From: Alphaproteobacteria bacterium | GTDB lineage: Bacteria > Pseudomonadota > Alphaproteobacteria > Caulobacterales > Aquidulcibacteraceae | DNA length: 64,000 bases | Assembly (NCBI GenBank): GCA_027485915.1 | Contig: JAIXQA010000071.1 | Coordinates: forward strand, 30,567 to 94,566 | Direction of reading: 5' to 3' | Shown here: positions 27,598 through 37,335 of the stretch, piece after piece | Numbering within the stretch: position 1 is the stretch's first letter | Layout: each line of letters opens with the position of its first letter | The notes under the pieces: model-generated | Databases searched by the model: none | The model's input: the letters and a program-made list of their open reading frames with translations, nothing else | Told to the model about the DNA's origin: nothing | Translations under genes and position numbers: made by a program

Positions 27598-28923
27598 ATG
27601 AGTGGTGTGAATCCGTTCAATTTCAGCTGGAATCTGGGTGGCCTTACTTGGAACGCTTGGGGCGAACCGAATGAAGTCGGCCTTGACGATGCGCCGCCTG
27701 TCACAACCACGCCGCCACCCCCACTGCCCCCGCCGCCCCAGGCGACCGACACCGTGACGATCGGCTCAAACTTCACCTTCGATCTCGGCTCTTACCAACC
27801 TCCCCCCGGTTGGAATATTGACGAGTATCTGAACACTCCGTTGCCCATTGAGAGCGAAGCAATCTTCGTTGAAATTGACCTCCAAGACCCCTCATTTTGG
27901 TTGAGCAGCAGTGATATGTTTCCAGAAGGTCGGCATAGGGAGTTAACCGAAGAGCAAGCGACCGCGATTGATTTTGAGAACTACAACAATTCACTTGCGA
28001 AGGCGCTTGGTGTGCCATGGCCTAAATATCAAATGGAAGTGGAGAGCGCGAGGGAGGAGTTCTTAAACTCAATCGTTCAATCCCATCACCAAGGTGGCAG
28101 CTATTTTTTCAGTCTCGAACCTTCGGCTCGCGTAACCAGTCAGTACGCTAACCCACTTGTTGAACGTTATGAAAATCATCAAGCTGCTAATAATTTGAAC
28201 CAACAACTTAATGACCTGAGGAAATCGTCGAAAGAAGACTTCTTAAAATTGGTAAAAGAACTCGAGGCCAATGGTTATAGCGTGCAGGGGCATAAATTTG
28301 GCGGTGCCTACGATCGTAACCCAAACGACGGCGTTACTGAGGTTTACCAGCGTGTTTACTATACACTTAATGGACGGGTTATTCCCGGACTTGGCGATGC
28401 CGACGGCCCTAATTTGACTGGCGGGCTAGACGGGCTGCAGAATGCTGGCTGGTTTGGGCAAAATTCAACTGTAGGCTCCTCGCCAAGGAGCGGGGTAATC
28501 TCTGGCGGGTCCAGTTCTGATCCTGCAAACCGGCTTCAGATCGCCGAGCGCCTTGCAATGAGTTTTGCCTCGGCAATTGGAAGTAAAGGTGCGCGTGAAG
28601 GCGGCTCGAACACAGAAGCAGGCGCTGCAGTCTTTGAAGAAGGCGAGAAGATCGTGCTCTATTGGCTATCGGCGGGTTCACAGGACACTGTTCCCGCGAC
28701 TGGGTTTGCTAAAGGATTAATGCAGGCGAATCAAAACCGCAAATTGCTGTGGGTTATACACAATCATCCAAATGGGTCGGAATTTAGCACCGATGACATA
28801 TTGAATGGCAAAGCACTTGCATTTGCGACTTCGCCACAACTGGATAGATTTCAGGGTTTGCTGCTAGGAAAGCCAGGCGGTAACGTAAGCGTGTTCCCAG
28901 CCGAAAGACTTCGTGACAACTGA
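27598..28923 (+). CDS. Toxin-like protein with C-terminal JAB/MPN motif
   Basis: GAGGAGG RBS; Pro-rich N-terminus; TEAGAAVF...VIHNHPNGSEFSTDD (E, HxH, S, D). Confidence 0.7.
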   Translation: MSGVNPFNFSWNLGGLTWNAWGEPNEVGLDDAPPVTTTPPPPLPPPPQATDTVTIGSNFTFDLGSYQPPPGWNIDEYLNTPLPIESEAIFVEIDLQDPSFWLSSSDMFPEGRHRELTEEQATAIDFENYNNSLAKALGVPWPKYQMEVESAREEFLNSIVQSHHQGGSYFFSLEPSARVTSQYANPLVERYENHQAANNLNQQLNDLRKSSKEDFLKLVKELEANGYSVQGHKFGGAYDRNPNDGVTEVYQRVYYTLNGRVIPGLGDADGPNLTGGLDGLQNAGWFGQNSTVGSSPRSGVISGGSSSDPANRLQIAERLAMSFASAIGSKGAREGGSNTEAGAAVFEEGEKIVLYWLSAGSQDTVPATGFAKGLMQANQNRKLLWVIHNHPNGSEFSTDDILNGKALAFATSPQLDRFQGLLLGKPGGNVSVFPAERLRDN

Positions 28924-29470
28924 TATGAGCCGCACTTTTTTTGCATTCGCAGTCGCAATCGGGGTGACGCTGTCGCTTGTAGCCTCCATGACAGCCCTGA
29001 AACTGTCTTGGGATACGCGGCAGCGAGTGGAGTCTGAGTTCGGTAAGAACCCCTATAAGTCAATATACAGAACGGATGAACAGGCTGCGGTACGAACTGA
29101 ACCTGACAGCAAGCCTATATTTGCCGATATGACTGATACACAGATTGCCAGGCGCGCTCTCATTGCTCTCTGCAGACAGATTGAATGCGCCAATCTCGAT
29201 CATTATGTTTACTCTTTTGGAAGAGACGGGAGTGATGTTGAAGGCGCATTTTGGTACCGGCCACTCAATCCAAAGAGCTTCGAAGAGGTTCGCAGAAATG
29301 AACATTTCCTTTGCCGCTTTCGTAATGAAAGTTGGGTCTTTTGCTATGTTTCATCAAGGAAACGGCCCAAAATCGAGATGGTGTTCGCCCGCACAGCTTC
29401 AGAAGCCGAAATGAAAGATCGAGACCTAGATCGAAAAGTTGAGATGCGAAAACGCTATCCCAATGAATAA
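28913..29470 (+). CDS. Hypothetical protein with N-terminal TM/signal; possible partner or immunity protein
   Basis: Overlaps the upstream stop by 11 bp; hydrophobic residues ~8-30. Confidence 0.65.
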   Translation: MTTDMSRTFFAFAVAIGVTLSLVASMTALKLSWDTRQRVESEFGKNPYKSIYRTDEQAAVRTEPDSKPIFADMTDTQIARRALIALCRQIECANLDHYVYSFGRDGSDVEGAFWYRPLNPKSFEEVRRNEHFLCRFRNESWVFCYVSSRKRPKIEMVFARTASEAEMKDRDLDRKVEMRKRYPNE

Positions 29471-29890
29471 GTCGTCATGAGCCTTAGCAATGCGCTCCGC
29501 GCGGTAGGGTGCATTCCATCCATGGAATGCACCGTGGTCAAGCAATTCCTGAGTTCGTCGATGCTGGGCCTTAGCTAAAGCACTTGGAACGGTTCATGGC
29601 CGTACTTCGCTTGCCTTGAAGCTCCATCTTGCGCGCCAAAACTCGAACACGGCTTTTGCATAGGCCTAGCCTGTGGCAAAGGCGATCTAGGTAAAAAATA
29701 ATCTAAAAACAGTTATGTATATGTGGTGCATTCCTGTCGGAATGCCCCCTACAGGGCGAAGCGCATTTCTGCTAACCCGTGCGTGAATAGCCAGTCTTCG
29801 ACTTTCAACCTTTTCCCGCTTCTCACACGTTGAGCTCGGGGCCTTGCGAGCCCGCGCCAATCGACAGAATCATGAAGGCAAAACGCATTA

Positions 29891-29928
29891 GGTTTGGTTT
29901 TGGGAGCTTTGTCCGTGAAAGCAGCCGT
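29891..29928 (+). repeat. Degenerate palindromic spacer repeat R7
   Basis: GGTTTGGTTTTGGGAGC...GAAAGCAGCCGT, same spacing as R4/R5. Confidence 0.55.
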
Positions 29929-30018
29929 CCCGCGATGGATTGCGCTTTAAATTAGACCAATTTGGAAAACCGCCACATACAATCTAGTTGTCAAAATGGG
30001 TTCAGCGAAGGAATGTTT

Positions 30019-30372
30019 ATGATGGTGGATCGCGACACGCTGATATTGATTAAGCCAGACTTTTTGGATCCCGCCTTTCCCGATACGCGCTTTTATTGTT
30101 GGCATTGCGCTTTGCTTGAGGGCGTATTGGTTAGCTTTCCCGCTCTACTAACTCGGCTAAATATTGTTCGGATAGAATGGACTAAACCAAGGCAAGAAGT
30201 CATCTGCTTGATCGGTGAAGAAAATCAATCACTCCCAGTTCTCATCTTTGCAGATGATGCCACAGACCAGTCTGGTGCCAGCAATTTTAGGGGGCGACAG
30301 TTTGTGGCAGGCAAGGATGATATCCTCTCTGCCCTTTCTATGCGCCACAATATTCCAACGCCCCATCCTTAG
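30019..30372 (+). CDS. DUF3088 family protein
   Basis: RDTLILIKPDF.D...FYCWHCALLEGVL...GEENQSLPVLI. Confidence 0.85.
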   Translation: MMVDRDTLILIKPDFLDPAFPDTRFYCWHCALLEGVLVSFPALLTRLNIVRIEWTKPRQEVICLIGEENQSLPVLIFADDATDQSGASNFRGRQFVAGKDDILSALSMRHNIPTPHP

Positions 30373-30492
30373 ACGAAACAACCAAGGCTCCATCAGGTGG
30401 CGACACTTGATGCGCTTTACTTGATGCGCTTTATCCGCAAGCGCAAATGGCCACTGGCTTCAGGGCTTGGTGTAGGGGCGGAAACAAAGCAC

Positions 30493-31260
30493 TTAAAAGT
30501 TTGCGGACTTAATGCCCCCGCCATCCACCCGTAGATTGGCGCCGGTAATGAATGAAGCCTTTGGACTGGCAAGAAACACAGCGGCTGTGGCAACTTCTTG
30601 GGCCGTCGCGTGACGTCCCAAGGGAGCTAAACTTGCCGCGCGTTCAAACATGGCGGGGCTCTTCTGTCGGACTTGATCCCAGAACCCCCCGGGGAAATCA
30701 ACAGGTCCCGGGGACACCGCATTAAATCGGATGGCCTTGCGAGCCTGAGTGGCACCCATCTGGCCAACATAATTGATTAGGGCCGCCTTCATGGCCCCAT
30801 AACCTTCCTCGCCTGGGGGAAGATGGGTCAAGACTGACGCAATTGACGAAATGATCGTGACCGAACCGCCTTTTGCCTTTTCAAGATAGGATAGGCAGGC
30901 ATTCACAACGCGCACATGTTGGAGGAAGTCGACATCAAAACAATCCCGCCACATCGCCTCGCCTTGCGAGTAAATGCGCGTGGTTACATTGCTGATGAGG
31001 ATGTCGATACCGCCCAAATGCTCAGCGGATTGATCCACCCACGCATTAAATGCCGCCTCATCTCTGACATCCAAGCTGGTCCCGAATATGTTTGCGCCTT
31101 GGGCGCGCAACTGATCTTCAGCTAACCGAACGTCGCTTTCGGTTCGCGCACAAAAGGATACCGAGGCACCATCAGCGATCAGCGTTTCAACAATGGCACG
31201 CCCGATACCTTTGCTGCCACCCGTCACAAGCGCGCGCTTACCCTGTAGACCAAGATCCAT
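30493..31260 (-). CDS. SDR family oxidoreductase
   Basis: TGGSKGIG, YGAMK. Confidence 0.92.
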   Translation of the reverse strand: MDLGLQGKRALVTGGSKGIGRAIVETLIADGASVSFCARTESDVRLAEDQLRAQGANIFGTSLDVRDEAAFNAWVDQSAEHLGGIDILISNVTTRIYSQGEAMWRDCFDVDFLQHVRVVNACLSYLEKAKGGSVTIISSIASVLTHLPPGEEGYGAMKAALINYVGQMGATQARKAIRFNAVSPGPVDFPGGFWDQVRQKSPAMFERAASLAPLGRHATAQEVATAAVFLASPKASFITGANLRVDGGGIKSANF

Positions 31261-31286
31261 GGCCAAAACCTCCACAAATGAGCTGA

Positions 31287-32060
31287 TTATTTCGCCTTGA
31301 CGCCGCCATCGACGGACAAGACTGCGCCTGTAATGAAAGATGAGTCCGGCCCTGCCAGAAACGCGATGGCCGCAGCAATCTCTTCTGGTTCGCCATAGCG
31401 TCCCATTGGGCAGTTGTTTTCAAACCGGCTCCGGATAAAGCGAATTTCATCTTCGCTGCGGCCGATTTCCAGCTTGCGCATCATGTCTGTATTGGTGGGC
31501 GATGGACAAACTGCATTCGCGCGAACGCCGGAGCTTGCCATTTCGACCGCTGCCAGTTTGGTGAGGCCAATGACAGCATGTTTGCTTGTCGTATAACCGA
31601 CTGTGTTCTGGCCGCCACCAAGCCCTGCGGTGGAGGAAACATTGATGATCCGCCCCTTGGTCTTGCGCAACTCGGCTGCTGTTGCGCGGATGCCGAGCCA
31701 GCTGCCTTTGAGGTTGATGCCGACCACGGCGTCGAAGTCTTCAATCGCATATTGGTCAATGGGCGCAAACGGCCCTGAAATGCCTGCATTATTGACGAGA
31801 ATATCAATCCGGCCAAAGGCTTGGACCCCAGATTGAACGGCTGCTGTCCAATCCGAAAACACGCGCACATCGCCTCGATTACAAATGACCTGCCGATCTA
31901 GGCTTCCAATTGCAGCCTCTAGCTCGCTGAAGTCGGCGCTAGCAAGGTCCATTGCGACAATGTGGGCACCATCGGATGCCAGCCGCTTTGCGGTCGCAAG
32001 GCCAATGCCGCGAGATGCACCGGAGATGAGAGCAACTTGTTGATCAAGGGGTTTTACCAT
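31287..32060 (-). CDS. SDR family oxidoreductase
   Basis: SGASRGIG, NNAG, YTTSK. Confidence 0.93.
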   Translation of the reverse strand: MVKPLDQQVALISGASRGIGLATAKRLASDGAHIVAMDLASADFSELEAAIGSLDRQVICNRGDVRVFSDWTAAVQSGVQAFGRIDILVNNAGISGPFAPIDQYAIEDFDAVVGINLKGSWLGIRATAAELRKTKGRIINVSSTAGLGGGQNTVGYTTSKHAVIGLTKLAAVEMASSGVRANAVCPSPTNTDMMRKLEIGRSEDEIRFIRSRFENNCPMGRYGEPEEIAAAIAFLAGPDSSFITGAVLSVDGGVKAK

Positions 32061-33031
32061 TGGAACCTCGGGCGGAATGAAAGGGTTTGTAAGTTCGCGC
32101 GGATTTCGCCCAAGCGAGGCATCCAGCCAAAATCGGATCGCTGCCGCAAAGAGCGGGGATCGTCTGAGGATTTGTCAAACGACACAAACGTAAGGGCATT
32201 ACCGTCAGGGTCGGTCCCTTCAAGCCACAATCGGTTCTTGTCTTCCTGAATGAGGTTGTCAGCAAACTCGACGCCTGCTTCCACTAAGTGCGGCAATGCC
32301 GATCTCACGTCTTCGACTTCAAAGGTGAGTGCGTTTAGGCCTGCCGATTTCTGGCTTTGGGTCGCGGGCCGAGGTTGGGTCTCAGGGTGTAGATATTGCC
32401 AAAACTCCAGCATGATATTGCCACATGCAACCCAACAAACCTTCAGATCAACATTGGCAACACCGGTAATCAAGTCATTCGCGGGGTTCTGCTTGACGCG
32501 ATACCCGCCAAACCACGGCCGACCCGTCAGCTTAGCATAGAAGTTCGAAAGATTTTCCAGATCGTGCGTACACAAAGCAACATGGGACAACCAAGCTTTT
32601 GGCGCATCTTCAGGGGCGTATTCGGCGCTCTCCACTTCAACAACAAAGCCTGATGCCGTGTTGCCATAGGCGTACCACGTTCCGTTTCCTAAGGTGGTTA
32701 GGTCCGCATTGAATGTGATGTCAGAGGTTTCAAGCTCGGCTTTGAGGCGCGGCGCGTCGCGCGCCTGTAGGCAAATGTGAGTGATTCCGGGTTCATACAC
32801 CTTGGGTGCGGATGGAGACTGATCGAAGTGGTCATCGACATTGATATTGAGGACCAGATTGCGGATCGCCCAAGCAGAAGTTGAGGAATGGTTGGTCGCA
32901 TTTTCATCGCCAAGCTCGATTTCGAGCCTTTGTGCAGCCAATTGGCTCAAAATGCCTGAGACGTCAGCCTCTGACCGCACTTTCATGTCTATTGCATTGA
33001 TTCCAATAATCACTTTCTGACTATCTCCCAA
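32054..33031 (-). CDS. VOC/glyoxalase family protein
   Basis: GITHICLQ, WLSHVALCTHDLE...FY, LEFWQY, DPDGNAL; start uncertain. Confidence 0.8.
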   Translation of the reverse strand: MGDSQKVIIGINAIDMKVRSEADVSGILSQLAAQRLEIELGDENATNHSSTSAWAIRNLVLNINVDDHFDQSPSAPKVYEPGITHICLQARDAPRLKAELETSDITFNADLTTLGNGTWYAYGNTASGFVVEVESAEYAPEDAPKAWLSHVALCTHDLENLSNFYAKLTGRPWFGGYRVKQNPANDLITGVANVDLKVCWVACGNIMLEFWQYLHPETQPRPATQSQKSAGLNALTFEVEDVRSALPHLVEAGVEFADNLIQEDKNRLWLEGTDPDGNALTFVSFDKSSDDPRSLRQRSDFGWMPRLGEIRANLQTLSFRPRFQW

Positions 33032-33190
33032 GTATTGGCTTGTTCGTTTCCGTCAGCCTTTTTGATCATCTGCATCGAACTTGAGTTTCCTGTCAAGCTA
33101 ATTGACACAAGTTAATTAGCGAATTTTACGCTGGACAAATTGAAAGGCAATGGTACCAATAGATATCTTATGAGTTTTATGGGTATCTAA

Positions 33191-33841
33191 ATGATGGGTA
33201 GCGTTACCACACTTTCGGACGATCCACGATCAGCGCATGGGCGAATTCTGGAACTCTTTTCCCAGCGTGCCCGCACGGGTGTACATGACGTTGTCATGGC
33301 GGAGTTGGCGCGCGACTTGCGGATGAGCAAGCGGACCATTTATCTGCATTTCCCCAGCAAAATGGCGCTGATTGAAGAGCTTTTAGACAATTGGGCGACG
33401 AAGGTTGAACACCAATCTGCTAACCGCTGGAATAGCGATGAAACCTGCGTCCAAAGCCTAAAGCGCTGGGCTTCAGAGTGGTCGCAGGGTATTGGTCAAT
33501 ACTCACCCCGCTTTTGGACTGAGGTTCGCGACTACTGCCCAGACGCATTCGAGAAGTATCGCAAGCGCATGGACGCGCTTCGCGAACATTCACTGGAGCG
33601 GATGGCATTTTGGCTGCGGCCGGGGCTTAGCCCGGGTGTCGCTTTGGAGTTGTTTTTTGCAGCTGTCCGAACTGCCATGGATCCCGCGATTTGTGATCGG
33701 CATAACATCACGCGCTCAGATGCATTGGACAGCTTAGTAGAAGTATGGGCGCGCGGCGCCTTGGTCGACCCAGACGCGTTGATCGGGCAGGTCAACAACG
33801 CTTCCCGCCAAGCAAAAACATTGCGGAGCGACCAGCCATGA
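33191..33841 (+). CDS. TetR family regulator
   Basis: MAELARDLRMSKRTIYLHFPSKMALI. Confidence 0.9.
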   Translation: MMGSVTTLSDDPRSAHGRILELFSQRARTGVHDVVMAELARDLRMSKRTIYLHFPSKMALIEELLDNWATKVEHQSANRWNSDETCVQSLKRWASEWSQGIGQYSPRFWTEVRDYCPDAFEKYRKRMDALREHSLERMAFWLRPGLSPGVALELFFAAVRTAMDPAICDRHNITRSDALDSLVEVWARGALVDPDALIGQVNNASRQAKTLRSDQP

Positions 33842-35010
33842 CAATTATCGATGTCGATTCCCATTTCTACGAGCCCGTCGACTGGCTGGAACAAACGGAC
33901 CCGAAGTTGGCCGCAGAGATTCCAAAAATTGATATCGTCACCTTAATGACAACGTCGATTGCCGGGGATTTGCTAGCGAGCCTGCCACCAGAATTGCGGC
34001 CAGATCCTATGTCCTTGCTGCCTGATCGCCTGCGGCCTTTGGCGGAAAAGTACCGCAATGCACCCATGACCGAAGTCGCCAAAGTTCTGCGCGACTTACA
34101 GGGTCAGACCACTTTCTCGCCACAAGGTGCTTATCAGGCCAGTGACAGACTGGCTTTTATGGAGGCACGCGGCGTGGACGCACAGTTTATTCTGCCGACA
34201 TTCGGCTTCCGTGCCGCTGCCGCTATGAAGCGGGTCGATATGAAGATCGCTCTACGAGCCGTGAAAGCTTACAACAGCTGGGCTGCCAACACGACTTACG
34301 GCCATACCGATCGTCTGATGCAATCGACAATGTTGGATATCGCCGATGTGGATTGGGCGGTCGCAGAGTTAACCAGAACGCGGGCCTTAGGCAGTCAGTC
34401 TTTTTCCTTTGGGGCCTTTCCACAAAATGGTCGTTCGCTGGCTCATGCAGACTATGATCGGCTGTGGTCAGCCGCAACAGATTTAGGGATGATCGCGATC
34501 ATGCATGTGGGTGGCGGGCGCCCCACACTTGATCCGGGCTGGGGCAATTCTCAGGGCGGCTTTGCCGAGCTCTCGCTCTTGACCTTCTCGATGGTCCATC
34601 AAGTTCCCCAAGTTGCCCTGAACGCCATGATATTTGGGGGCGTGTTTGAGCGCCATCCAAAGCTTCACATCATTGTTGCGGAATATGGCGTCGGTTGGGC
34701 ACCATTCTGGCTTCAGAACTTAGAGGACATCACGCATCAGACTTTGTCCAAGCCGGTCTTAGATAAGCTTAGCATGCGTCCCATCGACTATGCCCGCCGC
34801 AATGTGAAGTTTACGCCCCTGCCAGATATGGACGTGGCTGCCCTGATTCATGGGGTTGGCGAGGATATGGTCGTGTTTTCTTCTGATTACCCCCATCCCG
34901 AGGGATCAGCCGATGCTGTCGCGCACTATCGACGGGCGCTCGAACCATTTCCAGAGACAGTCTCAAAAAAATTCTTCGGAGAAACCATGGGGGCATTGCT
35001 GGCGGCCTAG
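33838..35010 (+). CDS. Amidohydrolase family protein (LigW/ACMSD-like)
   Basis: IIDVDSHFYEP, MHVGGG, FSSDYPHPEG; ATG 33838 overlaps the TetR stop. Confidence 0.88.
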   Translation: MTIIDVDSHFYEPVDWLEQTDPKLAAEIPKIDIVTLMTTSIAGDLLASLPPELRPDPMSLLPDRLRPLAEKYRNAPMTEVAKVLRDLQGQTTFSPQGAYQASDRLAFMEARGVDAQFILPTFGFRAAAAMKRVDMKIALRAVKAYNSWAANTTYGHTDRLMQSTMLDIADVDWAVAELTRTRALGSQSFSFGAFPQNGRSLAHADYDRLWSAATDLGMIAIMHVGGGRPTLDPGWGNSQGGFAELSLLTFSMVHQVPQVALNAMIFGGVFERHPKLHIIVAEYGVGWAPFWLQNLEDITHQTLSKPVLDKLSMRPIDYARRNVKFTPLPDMDVAALIHGVGEDMVVFSSDYPHPEGSADAVAHYRRALEPFPETVSKKFFGETMGALLAA

Positions 35011-35072
35011 CTTCAGTCCGAGGCGCGCGCAACTAAGAAAAAACAATAAAACAAATATAAACTGGGGGAAAT

Positions 35073-36542
35073 ATGGCAAATATCACCGACACGAGGCATA
35101 GTCTGCTCCCACCCGTCACAGGTCGGCTGGCCTATAGTGTGGGGACCGTTGGGTTTGGTTTTTTTGATGCAGCTACCCGTGCCTTTCTGCTCCTCTATTA
35201 TAGCCAAGTGCTGGGCCTTTCGGCTGGGCTAGCCGGCTTAGCGATTGGGGTGTCGCTGTTGTTTGATGCAGTTTCCGACCCCATCGTCGGGGCTATTTCA
35301 GACCGGACCCGTTCAAAACTAGGTCGGCGTCATCCTTATTTGTTTGCGGCAATTATTCCTGCAGCCTTGCTTTTTATCTGCTTGTGGAACCCGCCCAGTT
35401 CACTCACTGAGACTGGACTATTTGTCTATCTGCTGGTCTGCGCTGCCTTGTCGCGCATGTGCCTATCCATCTTTGAGATCCCAGCCGCTGCCATGTTGCC
35501 CGAGATCATCTCTGACTATCAGGAGCGGACGCGGCTGATGGGCTGGCGCTATGCTGCCCAATTCTTGGGTGGGATGACTGCAACGCTTGGGGGCTTTGCT
35601 ATCTTTTTTAAGGCTAGCGCAGAGCATCCAAATGGCGTGCTGAACCCAGAAGCCTATCTTCCTTTCAGCCTCTTTGGTGCGGCGGTCATTGCGTTATCCT
35701 TGGGCCTTTGCGCCTTTGGGACCTGGCCAATGATGGCGCAGTCGCGAGCCGTTCAAGCCGCGAGTAAAGCCCCTAACCAGACTCTCAAAATGGCGTTTCG
35801 GGCTGTCATAGAGAGCTTCTCAAACCCATCTTTCCGCCTTTTGATCGTTTTCAGTGTCCTGACGAGTTTGGCATTCGGTATGAGCGGCGCGTTGGCCGTA
35901 TACGTAAACACATTCTATTGGAACCTAGCCTCTGAGCAGCTAAAATTATTCTCACTCTTCAGTCCAGTTGCCATTGTTCTGGCAATGGTTTTGACCCACG
36001 TGATTGGAAAGACTTTTGACAAGCATGTGGCAGCCATTGGTGCCTCATTCGGTGCAATCGCCCTGATACCCTTACCCTTTGCCTTGCGGGAGATGGGACT
36101 CCTGCCAGCGAATGGCGATCCAAACCTGATGTTGATCTTGCTTATAACCAACACTTTGGATTTGGCGATGATCATCTCAGCGACCATTCTAACCTCTTCA
36201 ATGGTCGCTGATATTGTTGAGGATTCTGAAATTAAGACGGGTCGCCGAGACGAAGGCGTGTTCTTCTCCGTCCGAAATTTTGCCAAGAATGCGGTTGGTG
36301 GTGCGGGTGTTGCCAGTGCCGGTGCAATCCTGTCGCTAGTTGATTTCCCCAAGAAAGCAAAGCCAGGAGAAGTACCAGAGGCGACCATTGACCTCTTGGT
36401 TTGGACCTATTTGCCAATCTTCATTCTTCTCTTGATCGTCGGGGTTCTGGCGCTGTCTCGGTATCAAATCAGTCGATCTCGCCACAATGAAAACCTTGTC
36501 ACGCTAGAAAATACGCGGCAAGCCGGTTTGCAAGTTGAGTAA
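35073..36542 (+). CDS. MFS transporter, GPH/MelB-like
   Basis: FDAVSDPIVGAISDRTRSKLGRRHPY; MVADIVEDSE..TGRRDEG. Confidence 0.9.
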   Translation: MANITDTRHSLLPPVTGRLAYSVGTVGFGFFDAATRAFLLLYYSQVLGLSAGLAGLAIGVSLLFDAVSDPIVGAISDRTRSKLGRRHPYLFAAIIPAALLFICLWNPPSSLTETGLFVYLLVCAALSRMCLSIFEIPAAAMLPEIISDYQERTRLMGWRYAAQFLGGMTATLGGFAIFFKASAEHPNGVLNPEAYLPFSLFGAAVIALSLGLCAFGTWPMMAQSRAVQAASKAPNQTLKMAFRAVIESFSNPSFRLLIVFSVLTSLAFGMSGALAVYVNTFYWNLASEQLKLFSLFSPVAIVLAMVLTHVIGKTFDKHVAAIGASFGAIALIPLPFALREMGLLPANGDPNLMLILLITNTLDLAMIISATILTSSMVADIVEDSEIKTGRRDEGVFFSVRNFAKNAVGGAGVASAGAILSLVDFPKKAKPGEVPEATIDLLVWTYLPIFILLLIVGVLALSRYQISRSRHNENLVTLENTRQAGLQVE

Positions 36543-36587
36543 AGTGTAATAGGAGCATGGTCCGACACTCTATGGGAAGACCATTTC

Positions 36588-37211
36588 ATGCCTGCAGCTG
36601 CTGGCCCTCTTCGTAAACGTGAGCGCCTCACGCGCGAAAATCGACGCGAGTTGATCTTCAAAGTAGCAACTGAGATCGCTTTGGAAGAAGGCGTGCGTGG
36701 GATTACAATTGAGCGTATTGCCAGCGATCTGTCTGTGACAAAGGGCTTGCTCTACCAACATTTTGAAAGCCGGGAGCAGTTATTGGCTGCGCTGGCCGAG
36801 CGCGAGATTAAGGACCTCATCGAGCGGCGCATCTTTAATGCTGCACGGGAAGAGGAATTTTCACAAGCGGTTCGTAATGTTTTATCCATTTATTTCAATC
36901 ATGTAGGTGAACGTGGCCCACTTCTACAAGTGTTTGTTTCTGATCCCCTCGTCGTTGAAGCTTTACCACAGGAATGTTTGACAATTTGGGCGCAAGCCAA
37001 AGGTGTCACCCGGCAATTGGTCAAAACTCATTTTGGCCTTTCTGAACCTGTCTTGGGCGATGCGGTTGGTCTCATCCTGGCTTTGGTTGCCCAAGCTGGT
37101 CGACAAGTTGCCGATCGGCTGACCACAAAAGAGCTTGCGGAAGACCTGACTCTGAACATGATCGTGGGCGGCCTGACCAGCCTCAAGAAATTTGAAGCCC
37201 AAGCAGAGTGA
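36588..37211 (+). CDS. TetR family regulator
   Basis: TIERIASDLSVTKGLLYQHFESREQLL. Confidence 0.9.
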   Translation: MPAAAGPLRKRERLTRENRRELIFKVATEIALEEGVRGITIERIASDLSVTKGLLYQHFESREQLLAALAEREIKDLIERRIFNAAREEEFSQAVRNVLSIYFNHVGERGPLLQVFVSDPLVVEALPQECLTIWAQAKGVTRQLVKTHFGLSEPVLGDAVGLILALVAQAGRQVADRLTTKELAEDLTLNMIVGGLTSLKKFEAQAE

Positions 37212-37335
37212 TCGCAGAATTTTCACTAATTAAATAAAGTCAATTAAGGCTTGACCAAGAGCTACTTTCCCACTCTAATGCACTAAAGTGCATTAAGCCC
37301 CCTCGAGAGGGCGTTGGCACATGGGAGAGAGAAAC

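Larger units (their letters stand above)
26122..29930. mobile_element. Relic of related element(s) integrated in tandem; right boundary uncertain
   Basis: Second copies of backbone blocks A (26143-26404) and B (26539-26789), a third fragment of A (29773-29811); no integrase or further att core found. Confidence 0.65.

Noticed and set aside
26966-29470. CBASS call for NTase plus JAB
   Set aside because: NTase far shorter than a CD-NTase; no Cap2 (E1/E2) or effector; the JAB motif sits at the end of a toxin-like architecture.
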